This document shows, piece after piece, positions 28,605 to 37,679 of a stretch of 64,000 nt of DNA. Below the pieces are notes generated by a model, which was not told the DNA's origin, did no database searches, and saw only the letters and a program-made list of their open reading frames with translations. Position numbers and translations under genes: made by a program. Where the stretch lies: contig JBCBZT010000013.1 of assembly GCA_039815185.1 (NCBI GenBank), positions 32,001 to 96,000 on the forward strand, written 5' to 3'. Each line of letters begins with the position of its first letter. The first letter of the stretch is position 1. The DNA comes from Cyanobacteria bacterium P01_A01_bin.123. GTDB lineage: Bacteria; Cyanobacteriota; Cyanobacteriia; Phormidesmidales; Phormidesmidaceae.

Positions 28605-30830
28605 TTGGCATCGCTTAAGCAACTGATTCAACGCCACGTCAATCCCTTTGACCCGACGACCTTTAAGCCGGGGAACTTTTGGCAGGAACAGCAGAACTCA
28701 CAGCTGGAGGTCACTGGCATTCACCAAGATGTGTTGGTGGAGATCGATCGCCTACTGGATCAAATCATCGCCGATCGGGTAACCCGCACATTACTGCTGG
28801 CTGGGGATTCTGGCTCGGGCAAAAGTCATCTGCTGGGTCGACTCAAACAACAGTTCAATGATAAGGCTTTCTTCGCCTACATTGGCCCCTGGGCCGATAG
28901 CGACTACCTCTGGCGGCATACGTTGCGCAACACCGTTGATAGTTTGATTCATGTGCCTGATGGCAAAGCTGAATCCCAGCTCTTGCTCTGGCTTACAAGC
29001 TTGCCCAGTTTAAAGGGACACAGTTTGGTCAAGTGGGTGATGGGGGAGCGCCGTACCTTTATCAGCGATTTGAAGGCTAGCTTTCCGACAGGGATTTACA
29101 ACGCCAAAGAATTTTTTGGGGTGCTTTACGACTTGGCGACCAAACCCGATTTGCGGCTGTTGGCCTACGACTGGCTGCGGGGAGACGATTTAGATGAAGA
29201 AGACTTAAAAGCCTTAAGGGTGAAGCAGTCCATTGATTCAGAAGATCGAGCGCAAAAGATTTTAGGTAACTTTGGCCGCATTTCTGCTTCCACTCAGCCG
29301 ATCGTCCTTTGCTTTGACAACTTAGACAACATTCCGCTGCTGGCCAATGGCAAACCCGATTTTCAAAGTCTGTTTAATGTCAATTCGGCGATTCATAATG
29401 AAAAGCTGAGCAATTTTTTAGTGTTGATCAGCATTATTACCAGCACTTGGGTTCAAAATCGAACTGCGATTCAACCTGCTGATGTCGCCCGGATCAACCA
29501 ACACCTAGCCCTCAAACCCATTACCCTCGACCAAGCCGAAGCGCTTTGGGCCACTCGCCTTGCCCCGCTCCACGCCCAGGCTAAACCGAAACCTAAAAAC
29601 GCGATCGCGCCTCTAACGATTGCCTGGCTCCAATCAAAATTTCCCGGCGGTAAAACCCGACCCCGCAATACGTTGATGCTGGGGCAACAGTTGATTGAGC
29701 AATTCAAGCGAGATGGCAAACTCCCCTCACCGCCAACCAAGATAGTTCCCAGCAGTGCCCCATCGTCCCCGGCAAAAGCGAACGGGCGTTCAGCAACTGA
29801 GGCTAAGCCGCCGCCCGTCAGCATCAAACCGCCACCGCCCCCCCCCAATCGCAAGCTCGAAGCCAGTTTTGATTTGGTGTGGCAGCGGGAATTTCAAAAA
29901 GTTCAAAAGCGGATCACTCGCATCGGTCAACTCTCTTCACCGGACTTGATTCGTGCCTTGCGGGAAGTGTTAGAGGCGCTAGACGTGCCTGGCGTGCGGG
30001 TGCCGTTCCTCAAGGGCAGCAAGTATGGGGCCTACTCGGTGATTTACGAACAGCCCGTCACCACTGGCGTGATTTGGACGGAAGATCGCAATCTCACCAG
30101 CTTTTATCACGTGATGAATGCTTGCCAGCGGGCGATCGATCAAGGCCGCTGCAAACGCCTATACCTGATTCGGTCTGAACATATTGGGCGCTCAAGCAAC
30201 AAAGGCAATCAGCTGTATCGCCAGATTTTTGCCTACGCTAACTATCTGCATGTTTATCCTGACTTGCCGTCGGTTTGGCAGCTAGAGACTTATCACAGCT
30301 TGGTCAATGCCGCTTGTGGTGGAGAACTGGTAGTGGAACGCATGACCCCTGACTTAGCCGCACTGCAACACATGGTTCGCCAGGCCGGGGTATTTGCAAG
30401 CAATAGCCTGCTGCAAGAGTTGGAACTGCTGGCAGAAGACACAGCAACAACTGCCGCTGTGACTCCCGCTAACACCTGGTTCGCCCTACCGTCAACAGAG
30501 CCCACCCCATCCCCGAAAAAAGCGCCGAGTCGTGGCAAGCGCAAACGCGCCTCCTCAAGCAAGGCTAAAGCGTCCCGTCAAACCAACCCCGCGCCAACTG
30601 CAACGGCTAATACCAACCCCGTCAAACAATACCTACTGAATCTAATCACGACCCAACATTTGATGGGGCTAGAAGCCCTGATTCAAACAACTCAGGGACA
30701 GTTTGCGGGCACCAGCGATCGCGACATTGAAGCCCTAATTGACACCCTCTGCCGCGACAATCAATTGCAAATTCTCGATCCCAATGCCAGCCGTGAAGAA
30801 CAACTCATTTGTCTAGTGCCATCTGAGTAA
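28605..30830 (+). CDS. P-loop ATPase (RcaG-like), operonic with rcaD
   Basis: NPFD..FKPGNFW, Walker A GDSGSGKS, Walker B VLCFDNLD; 12 bp after rcaD. Confidence 0.8.
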   Translation: MASLKQLIQRHVNPFDPTTFKPGNFWQEQQNSQLEVTGIHQDVLVEIDRLLDQIIADRVTRTLLLAGDSGSGKSHLLGRLKQQFNDKAFFAYIGPWADSDYLWRHTLRNTVDSLIHVPDGKAESQLLLWLTSLPSLKGHSLVKWVMGERRTFISDLKASFPTGIYNAKEFFGVLYDLATKPDLRLLAYDWLRGDDLDEEDLKALRVKQSIDSEDRAQKILGNFGRISASTQPIVLCFDNLDNIPLLANGKPDFQSLFNVNSAIHNEKLSNFLVLISIITSTWVQNRTAIQPADVARINQHLALKPITLDQAEALWATRLAPLHAQAKPKPKNAIAPLTIAWLQSKFPGGKTRPRNTLMLGQQLIEQFKRDGKLPSPPTKIVPSSAPSSPAKANGRSATEAKPPPVSIKPPPPPPNRKLEASFDLVWQREFQKVQKRITRIGQLSSPDLIRALREVLEALDVPGVRVPFLKGSKYGAYSVIYEQPVTTGVIWTEDRNLTSFYHVMNACQRAIDQGRCKRLYLIRSEHIGRSSNKGNQLYRQIFAYANYLHVYPDLPSVWQLETYHSLVNAACGGELVVERMTPDLAALQHMVRQAGVFASNSLLQELELLAEDTATTAAVTPANTWFALPSTEPTPSPKKAPSRGKRKRASSSKAKASRQTNPAPTATANTNPVKQYLLNLITTQHLMGLEALIQTTQGQFAGTSDRDIEALIDTLCRDNQLQILDPNASREEQLICLVPSE

Positions 30831-30842
30831 TGGGGTAAGTGC

Positions 30843-30938
30843 GGCACCCGCAACGCGGCGCAGCATGTGGCCGACATTCTAGGGGTCTCCAGGGCAACGG
30901 TTTACAACTGGCTCAACAAAATTAGGAAAACAGGATGA
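30843..30938 (+). pseudogene. 3' remnant of a YheO/DauR-type (PAS + HTH) transcription regulator
   Basis: GTRNAAQHVADILGVSRATVYNWLNKIRKTG*; its TGA overlaps the ATG of the next gene; no N-terminal part present. Confidence 0.6.
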
Positions 30939-32047
30939 CACTCAATCCCTTTCGCATCGAGCAATACTACGCCAAACACGAGTTTACGGCCCAGTATATG
31001 CTCTCCAGTTCCGATGCCCAGGCGCGCACCATTGCAGAACTGTTGGTCTTAGAACCCGAAGCTAGAGAGCGGCTTGACCAGCTGTGGTTGGGCTATACCG
31101 AAGCTCCCGGTGCGCCCTACCTACGCGAAACCATTGCCAAGATTTACACGCAAGCTCAGGCTGAACAGGTGTTGGTGACGGCAGCGGCTGAGGAGGCAAT
31201 TTTTGTGACCTATCATGCCTTGGTAGGGGCGGACGATCATGTGATTGTGGAAACTCCCTGCTACGAGTCGGCCCTTGAACTAGCCCGCAATACTGACGCA
31301 GCGATTTCGACCTGGCCCCGCTATTTTGAAGACGGTTGGGGTCATGATCTCTCAGCGCTGGAAAAGCTCATTCAACCCAATACCAGGCTGATTTATATCA
31401 ACACTCCCTCGAATCCCACTGGGACTTTAATGGACAGGGGCGTTTTGGACAACCTGATGGCGCTAGCGGCAGAGCAAAATATCATCGTGTTTTGTGATGA
31501 GGTGTATCGAGAGCTAGAGCACGACCCCATTCACCGCTTACCCGCAGCGGCCGACCTCTATAAAAACGCGATTTCCCTGGGCTCGATGTCTAAAAGTTAT
31601 GGCTTGCCAGGGCTGCGTTTGGGTTGGCTGGTCTGTCGCAACCCTGACCTGATTCAAAAAATTATAGACTTCAAGCTTTACACCTCAATTTGCAATAGCG
31701 CCCCCAGTGAATTTCTCAGCGATTTAGCTCTACGCCATCGCCATGTCTTGCTAGAGCGCAACCTCAACATCGTGCATCAAAACTTGCCCTTATTAGAAGC
31801 TTTCTTTGAACGCCACCCGGAGATATTTTCATGGGTTAAACCCCAAGCTAGCCCCATTGGCTTTCCGAAGGTGACAATCCAGGGGGATGTGATGGCGTGG
31901 TGTGAAGCGATCGTTCGAGAAACCAGTGTGCTGCTGTTGCCGGGTAGCGTTTATGACCAGCCCCAACACATCCGCATCGGCTTTGGTCGTAGCAACATGC
32001 CTGAAGCCTTAGAACGTCTTGAAGCCTATTTGCGTAAACACGCATAA
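30935..32047 (+). CDS. PLP-dependent aminotransferase class I/II
   Basis: NTPSNPTG, FCDEVY, GSMSKSYGLPGLRLGW. Confidence 0.93.
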   Translation: MTLNPFRIEQYYAKHEFTAQYMLSSSDAQARTIAELLVLEPEARERLDQLWLGYTEAPGAPYLRETIAKIYTQAQAEQVLVTAAAEEAIFVTYHALVGADDHVIVETPCYESALELARNTDAAISTWPRYFEDGWGHDLSALEKLIQPNTRLIYINTPSNPTGTLMDRGVLDNLMALAAEQNIIVFCDEVYRELEHDPIHRLPAAADLYKNAISLGSMSKSYGLPGLRLGWLVCRNPDLIQKIIDFKLYTSICNSAPSEFLSDLALRHRHVLLERNLNIVHQNLPLLEAFFERHPEIFSWVKPQASPIGFPKVTIQGDVMAWCEAIVRETSVLLLPGSVYDQPQHIRIGFGRSNMPEALERLEAYLRKHA

Positions 32048-32116
32048 GAGAGCAGATGGTGAATGCCACCAATTTTGTTAATGCCAAGTTTGCCGCTTCA
32101 TCCTTGCGGACGAAGC

Positions 32117-32866
32117 TCATAACAACTCATGGAGTTTGTCATCTTTATACAAAATTGCCACCGTTGATCCCGCATCAATGCGGCCAAAGCGTGGGTTCAA
32201 CCGACCTAGAGTGACCATGCCCCCAATATTTTTCCCCGTCGTTGGAGACGTTGTCTTATAGAGGTAATTTACGGTACCCTTTTGCCCCCGGAATGCCTGA
32301 TAAATCTCACCCTGTAAGATATGGGTGGCTTCATCCCGTAGGGTGATCATGCGCTGAGTATAGTGAATGGTGTATCGCCCCAACCATGGAATGCCCACAG
32401 CAATGGCCAGCAAAAAAGCGCCGGGCACCCAGGGTATCGGTTCCACATTGTGCTCCAGACGGGATATTGCGGGTCGAAAGCTGAGATAAATCACCGGATA
32501 GGGAATGTTGCCTTCATCCCAGTTTGAGACTGACATCGAGGAAGATTCCGCTTTGTCATATTGCGTCCCGTCTACAACGTAGTGGTAGTTGACCGTGCCA
32601 TTTTGGTAATCGTCGATAGTGCCTTCAACTTCAACAGCTAACGGGGAATTCCAAAGGATCAGGTAGCCCAACAACCCAATGACTGCTAGCACCGTAACCA
32701 GTCCCAACCCAACGAGGACTTTCCCAACCGTCTTCCACCCCTCCCACAAGCTATCCAATGTGGCTTCGGGGCGTTGACCCTGTAAGAAATATTCGTTTTC
32801 CGGACGCAAAATGCTAAGTCGAGACTTTGTCAGCTGTATATCCAGTTCCTCAAGACGTTTTGCCAT
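32117..32866 (-). CDS. Hypothetical membrane protein (two TM segments, DUF3592-like)
   Basis: AGGAG RBS before ATG 32866; two hydrophobic helices flank a beta-rich YHYVVDG segment. Confidence 0.65.
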   Translation of the reverse strand: MAKRLEELDIQLTKSRLSILRPENEYFLQGQRPEATLDSLWEGWKTVGKVLVGLGLVTVLAVIGLLGYLILWNSPLAVEVEGTIDDYQNGTVNYHYVVDGTQYDKAESSSMSVSNWDEGNIPYPVIYLSFRPAISRLEHNVEPIPWVPGAFLLAIAVGIPWLGRYTIHYTQRMITLRDEATHILQGEIYQAFRGQKGTVNYLYKTTSPTTGKNIGGMVTLGRLNPRFGRIDAGSTVAILYKDDKLHELL

Positions 32867-32971
32867 CGAGATAGGCTCCTGCAATGTTTAACATCGTTTC
32901 TCGGTTGCCCTGGCGATATTCAGTCTACAGTTGCGAAGAAAACTTTTCCTGATGGCTGGGCGCGATCGCGC

Positions 32972-33193
32972 TTAATTTTGGAGCATGCTTACCCCATCAC
33001 AAAGCGCCTGGAATTGCGCTTCGGTGTATGCCCCTTGGCTTTGCCAATAGATCTCTCCAATCTGAGCAACGAGCAGGATACGGCTTGCTGAGATGTCACT
33101 GGTGTCGAGCGCTGTTTTGATCCGGTCAATGTCTGCGTATAGCGTGATTGTCTTTGCCCGCTTTAAGGATCTGAAATGCCTGTTGACATCCAA
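32972..33193 (-). pseudogene. C-terminal fragment of an ATP10-like thioredoxin-fold protein
   Basis: TITLY...LLV..GEIYW..G.YT resembles the C-terminal half of bacterial ATP10-like proteins; N-terminal half absent. Confidence 0.45.
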
Positions 33194-33483
33194 AAATCAA
33201 CCTGTGTTCGCTCCAGCCATGAGAGTTGCGGCAGGGTAAGGAGTTCAGTTCGTATACTCGAATATTTTCCTGGGCCCCTTCTACAAAGTAATGTCAACCC
33301 TTGAAAGAGCTTCATATCCCAATGGACAGGCAGATCGTCAGTTTTCCGCTCAACGTCAGCTCCAGGGGAAACCTATAATTCGTTTAGTGTATTGGGTGAG
33401 TTTGCCTGCTGGTGCAGATTCATTTGAAGAGTCCGGTGACTAGCTCCACCGTGAATCAGGTGTCGCAATTGGGTAACAACCGT

Positions 33484-34995
33484 ATGCAAAACAATTTCTT
33501 TGACAGCTCCTTAGATCAAGACGCTATTAAGCAGCGGATTCGCGCACTAGAGAATAGCAAGGTCGGGTTTTACAGCGTCGGTCTTTATCCAGGGTCGCTG
33601 GCTTACAACTGCGCGATGCAAACAGATGGCAAGTTGTTGCTTTTGGCACCCCGACCAGGGCGGACACTGATGGGTGCCTTTTCCGACGATGCCCTGCAAG
33701 GGATGGATCCAGACCATGTTGAGAAGATGCACCACATGGCGGTCCATAGTGAAGGAAATCAGCAGGTGCCCAATACGTTGGCCTATCTGATTGAAAACTG
33801 TGAACTAGTAATTTTGAGCGCTAACAGTAAACACATTGAGCAAGATGTCCAAGAAGCCTATGCCCTGCGGATAGAACTCAACCGCGAACAGGTGGTTCTG
33901 GCCTGTTTGGCGGGTTCTTTTAGCCATGACTTCATCCAAGACGAATCCTATGTTTTATGTGAAAAGCAACCCAATCTTGCGTTTTTCTCAGGCTTTCATC
34001 GTCACGGGGCGCTGCGGAATCCGGTGGATAGCTTTACGGCTAATTTTTGCCATCCCAATGCGTTGACGGCGCTGCTTGGTGCCCGCGTGCTGGATAAGAT
34101 CTCGCCTAATATCCAGGTTTCACCGGGCATCCACAATGTTGAAGCGCAATATATCAAAGCGGCCAAAAACATCTCTTCCATTTTTGCTGGATTTGGCCAT
34201 GTCTATCATCGCGAAAATACAGGAACCCTGCCAACGCTGCTGACCCTATTGCTGGATCAATGTCTGGACCAGGCCGCGACAGTATCGATGTTTCGCCGCG
34301 ATCGCAAACGACTTTACCACCGTCAACCGATTGCACTGACGGAATTAGGCTATGGTGTGCAGCGGATTGAGGCGGTCTTGATTCGCGGTGGGGACGTGGA
34401 GAAAGCTCGTGATCACACCTTTGCTCAATTAACGGCGATGGTGGCTGATGTGCGTGGCAGTATGATGTTGCCCGCATCGGGTCGCCCGACCCGTAACTTT
34501 CAAGCCGGGCAGATTTTGGCGGAAATGATGCGGATTCATAAACGGGCTCCCCACGGGATTGAAGAATTTGAAACCTGGTGCGAAAAGGCGGGTTTGCGCA
34601 AAGGGGGATTAGAGGGCCTAAAAGCGCTACGCTACTGGCCCCAAATCGTACGGAAATATCAGATTCAGGTGCATGATGCCTCAATGGTGAATCTACTGTA
34701 CATGTTGCTGTATGGGAAACCGACGACTAAAGAATTAGCGTTTTCGGTGATGACCAAAAGTCGGGAGTTGTCAAACTACTGTCAAGAATCGGTGCGTCCA
34801 ACCCATAGCCGTAAGTATGCGGAGGCACTGCAAAACCTGGATAAGCCAGAAGCGTTGGAGTTTGTCGCTAATGCCGTGATTGCAGATAATGCCCGCAAAA
34901 CGCTGAATGACGATAGTTTCCTGGATGAAAATGAGGAAAAGGACAATACCCCGACTTACCTGCGGGCCATGAGTGTGATTGAAAATGTTTGGTAG
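33484..34995 (+). CDS. Conserved cyanobacterial hypothetical protein, possibly a divergent GpsA-like NAD(P)-dependent dehydrogenase
   Basis: Long clean ORF; KAAKNISSIFAG, PTRNFQAG and EGLKAL echo glycerol-3-phosphate dehydrogenase C-domain motifs. Confidence 0.7.
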   Translation: MQNNFFDSSLDQDAIKQRIRALENSKVGFYSVGLYPGSLAYNCAMQTDGKLLLLAPRPGRTLMGAFSDDALQGMDPDHVEKMHHMAVHSEGNQQVPNTLAYLIENCELVILSANSKHIEQDVQEAYALRIELNREQVVLACLAGSFSHDFIQDESYVLCEKQPNLAFFSGFHRHGALRNPVDSFTANFCHPNALTALLGARVLDKISPNIQVSPGIHNVEAQYIKAAKNISSIFAGFGHVYHRENTGTLPTLLTLLLDQCLDQAATVSMFRRDRKRLYHRQPIALTELGYGVQRIEAVLIRGGDVEKARDHTFAQLTAMVADVRGSMMLPASGRPTRNFQAGQILAEMMRIHKRAPHGIEEFETWCEKAGLRKGGLEGLKALRYWPQIVRKYQIQVHDASMVNLLYMLLYGKPTTKELAFSVMTKSRELSNYCQESVRPTHSRKYAEALQNLDKPEALEFVANAVIADNARKTLNDDSFLDENEEKDNTPTYLRAMSVIENVW

Positions 34996-35033
34996 AAGGT
35001 TTCGCAGCAGTAGACTCGACATCAGAACGTTGC

Positions 35034-35477
35034 TCAAGTTGTCGCTTTTTTGCTGTCGGCTCGCAGCGAAATGACTAGCCCAACAACCGATAACAGTACG
35101 CCAACCGCAACGGCTATCCATGGTGGATGGCCAGGTGTGTGTTGGCGTACATAGGCTGTCGCATAGAACGCAGGCCCAGATACGACCAGCCCTACAGCCG
35201 GAATCGTCCAGCGCGCCCACTTATACCCCTGCCTGAAGGGCACAAATAAAAGCACGATCATCGCTAGAGCTGTCGCTAACCAGGCACCCCCAGTCGCGCG
35301 CATCAATGCCAAGATCAGCACCTGATAAGGACGCTCCACAGCACTCCAATCTCTAGCTAAAGCCTCAGCATGGTAGGGCATGAACTCTGGGCGGAAGAGA
35401 TACACCAGTCCAAATACAAGCAGGAGCAGTGCAGCCACCAGATGGCATCCGAAAGCAATCTTCATCGCCTTATTCAT
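35034..35477 (-). CDS. Hypothetical integral membrane protein (4 TM)
   Basis: GGAGG RBS before ATG 35477; EFMPYHAEA motif and four hydrophobic segments. Confidence 0.75.
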   Translation of the reverse strand: MNKAMKIAFGCHLVAALLLLVFGLVYLFRPEFMPYHAEALARDWSAVERPYQVLILALMRATGGAWLATALAMIVLLFVPFRQGYKWARWTIPAVGLVVSGPAFYATAYVRQHTPGHPPWIAVAVGVLLSVVGLVISLRADSKKATT

Positions 35478-35518
35478 CGGCCCTCCCAAAGCTTTGTGGC
35501 TACGGCTATACTCACACC

Positions 35519-36178
35519 TTACCGCCAAAGCAGAATTTCTTGCTTTCCTCGCGGAGAGAGTTCGTAAACGCCCAGGGATACTCTGTCAAACCACCCATAG
35601 ACATTTCTGTACAGAATATCTCTGGCCTTGGGCTCTTGGAGCGTTTTAGCAATCTGCGAAGCTTTGGTCGGCCCCTGTTGTTGTAAGAACTGGGCAATGG
35701 CCAATGCCTTTTGTCGGTAAGCGGTCATAACGCCCTGTCGCTTTTGCATGCCGCCCAGGTTCGGGTCGCCCACACGCTTAACGAATTCACCCAGTAGACG
35801 TGCTTGACGACGCTTCGAGATTCGAGGTTTATATTCGCCAGGATCAACCAGTACCTCTACGCTGCCGTGAGTCGAGTTCGGATCAATCACGACTAACCCT
35901 AGTCCTAGCATCTTGAGTAGCTTGAGAACACGCCGCCGTCGTTTGCTCAGCACTTTACATTGTTTAGGAATACCGATGTACACAGTCGGCGTCAGCGCCA
36001 GCCTTTCCACTGCCTGAAGGACGACATCGAGATTGAGAGACCGTTTGAGTTCTACAACAACAGGGGTTTCATCGCCCCGCACTGCCAGCACATCACAATC
36101 TTGAACTTCTCCTTTCACCGCATAATTTTGAGATTCAAGAAATCGCTTCAGGGGTAGATAAAGATCAGATTCCTTCAT
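35519..36178 (-). CDS. DUF2161 family putative PD-(D/E)XK phosphodiesterase
   Basis: MKESDLYLPLK..L, VKGEV..CDV, VVELK, GDPNLGG, MTAYRQKAL, NVYGWFDRV. Confidence 0.88.
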   Translation of the reverse strand: MKESDLYLPLKRFLESQNYAVKGEVQDCDVLAVRGDETPVVVELKRSLNLDVVLQAVERLALTPTVYIGIPKQCKVLSKRRRRVLKLLKMLGLGLVVIDPNSTHGSVEVLVDPGEYKPRISKRRQARLLGEFVKRVGDPNLGGMQKRQGVMTAYRQKALAIAQFLQQQGPTKASQIAKTLQEPKARDILYRNVYGWFDRVSLGVYELSPRGKQEILLWR

Positions 36179-36343
36179 TCCTATTCCGTTAATTCCACAC
36201 TCATTGTGCCAGTGTTGACCAAGCGCCGAAACTGCTCAAGAGCATATCCTTGATCTACAAAGCAAAGCACTGAGAAAAAATATAAGCAATCCAATAAATT
36301 TAAGGAGGTAGGTTCAAAACATATTGGTAAGTTCGTTTAAGAC

Positions 36344-36934
36344 TTATTGCTCCGCCAGATCGAAAAGATAATATTCCCAGCCTACAAACGTTTGGCTTAA
36401 AACCGATTCTGGGCAATCATATTCATGCCTAGGAAAGATTAACGTCTGGTTTAATAAGTAGACATTGCCGCAACTACCATATCGTTCTCTTTCGATTATC
36501 TGATCATCCACAATCTCTAGGACAGTGTTACCATAAAATCCTCCAGAACCCCCATTGTGAACTGCTGTAACCAGGTAGATTCGATCTTGAAGGTGAATGG
36601 TAGTGACGCAAGATTCACAAACGAATTCTTTTGGCTTTGTAAGAGATTCATCAGGATCAATCGGCACCGGAAGAAGGCTGTCTGTTTCTTCGTTTAAGAG
36701 ATATACCTCTGCCGCTCTATGGGGGGTTCCACCGGGAAAAACTCGCTCATATTCACGAAAGCTATAGATATAGTCGGTTCCGGGTATCCTCTTACCGTCT
36801 CTAATATCCTCAAAGTTAAGGCGCTTGGATAACGGTACCTGCAACTGGTCAACAGTTTTGATAGCAACTAGGGCACCTAGAAGACCTAGCATCATGGCGA
36901 TCGACTTAAATGATACAGAATTTAGGCGTTTCAC
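36344..36934 (-). CDS. Hypothetical exported/membrane-anchored protein, AT-rich
   Basis: N-terminal hydrophobic segment; NGGSGGFY motif; no family recognised. Confidence 0.6.
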   Translation of the reverse strand: MKRLNSVSFKSIAMMLGLLGALVAIKTVDQLQVPLSKRLNFEDIRDGKRIPGTDYIYSFREYERVFPGGTPHRAAEVYLLNEETDSLLPVPIDPDESLTKPKEFVCESCVTTIHLQDRIYLVTAVHNGGSGGFYGNTVLEIVDDQIIERERYGSCGNVYLLNQTLIFPRHEYDCPESVLSQTFVGWEYYLFDLAEQ

Positions 36935-37033
36935 AGGAGCAACTTTAGAGACAGTGTTTCAGGATCAGGGTTCAGTTAGCCATTGTACGGCCGTTAAATT
37001 TAAATGTCATTAGGGTTGCAATGATCACATAAC

Positions 37034-37475
37034 TCATAATATAAATTCCCCACCCCAAACTATAGCTTCCTGTATTCTGTCAAAGCCAATTTTTTTAGCG
37101 ACTCGGATTGAACCAATATTTTGACTGTCGCATTCCCAATAGGGAGTAATATTGTGACTCAAACAATAATTCACAAAATGGACTGCTGTAGCGGTGGTAA
37201 TCCCCTGATTTTGATAAGCCTGAAGCGTCTCAATGCCAATGCCGCATTTTTTTGTGCTGACATATTCTGCGGTACACCAGAAAATAATGCTTTCCCCTAG
37301 TAATGCAACATAACCAAAGCCATTTTCACAAAACTTTTCTCGTGATGGCCACATCCATTCAATCTCAGATTTTAGTGTTTCACTCAGCAATAAAAGTGAG
37401 AATTATTTCCAGTTGAGGGTCTGGAAAATACTGTGTACATTTTCTTATTGCATTGAGCGGGATTTCTTCTATCAT
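37034..37475 (-). pseudogene. Degraded GNAT acetyltransferase
   Basis: RBS and ATG 37475 give MIEEIPL...FIAE*NT; a different frame encodes the GNAT C-terminus (IGIETLQAYQNQG, PYWEC..NIGS.RVAKKIGF). Confidence 0.65.
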
Positions 37476-37679
37476 TGACTTCCCCTCATTTTTGGATTGA
37501 TATCACGCCCTAACTTGTATTTAATCTAATTTTTATTGTCCTAATCTGCCTAACATCTCTTATTGAGGTGGTTAGCGAGAGCTTGATTGCTATCTCTTCC
37601 TCTGGAGGGTGTTAGGCTATCGGATGGTTGTGCCTTTGCCAGGGAAACGCCCTTTTCACCGTTTCCCTGCTTAACACCT

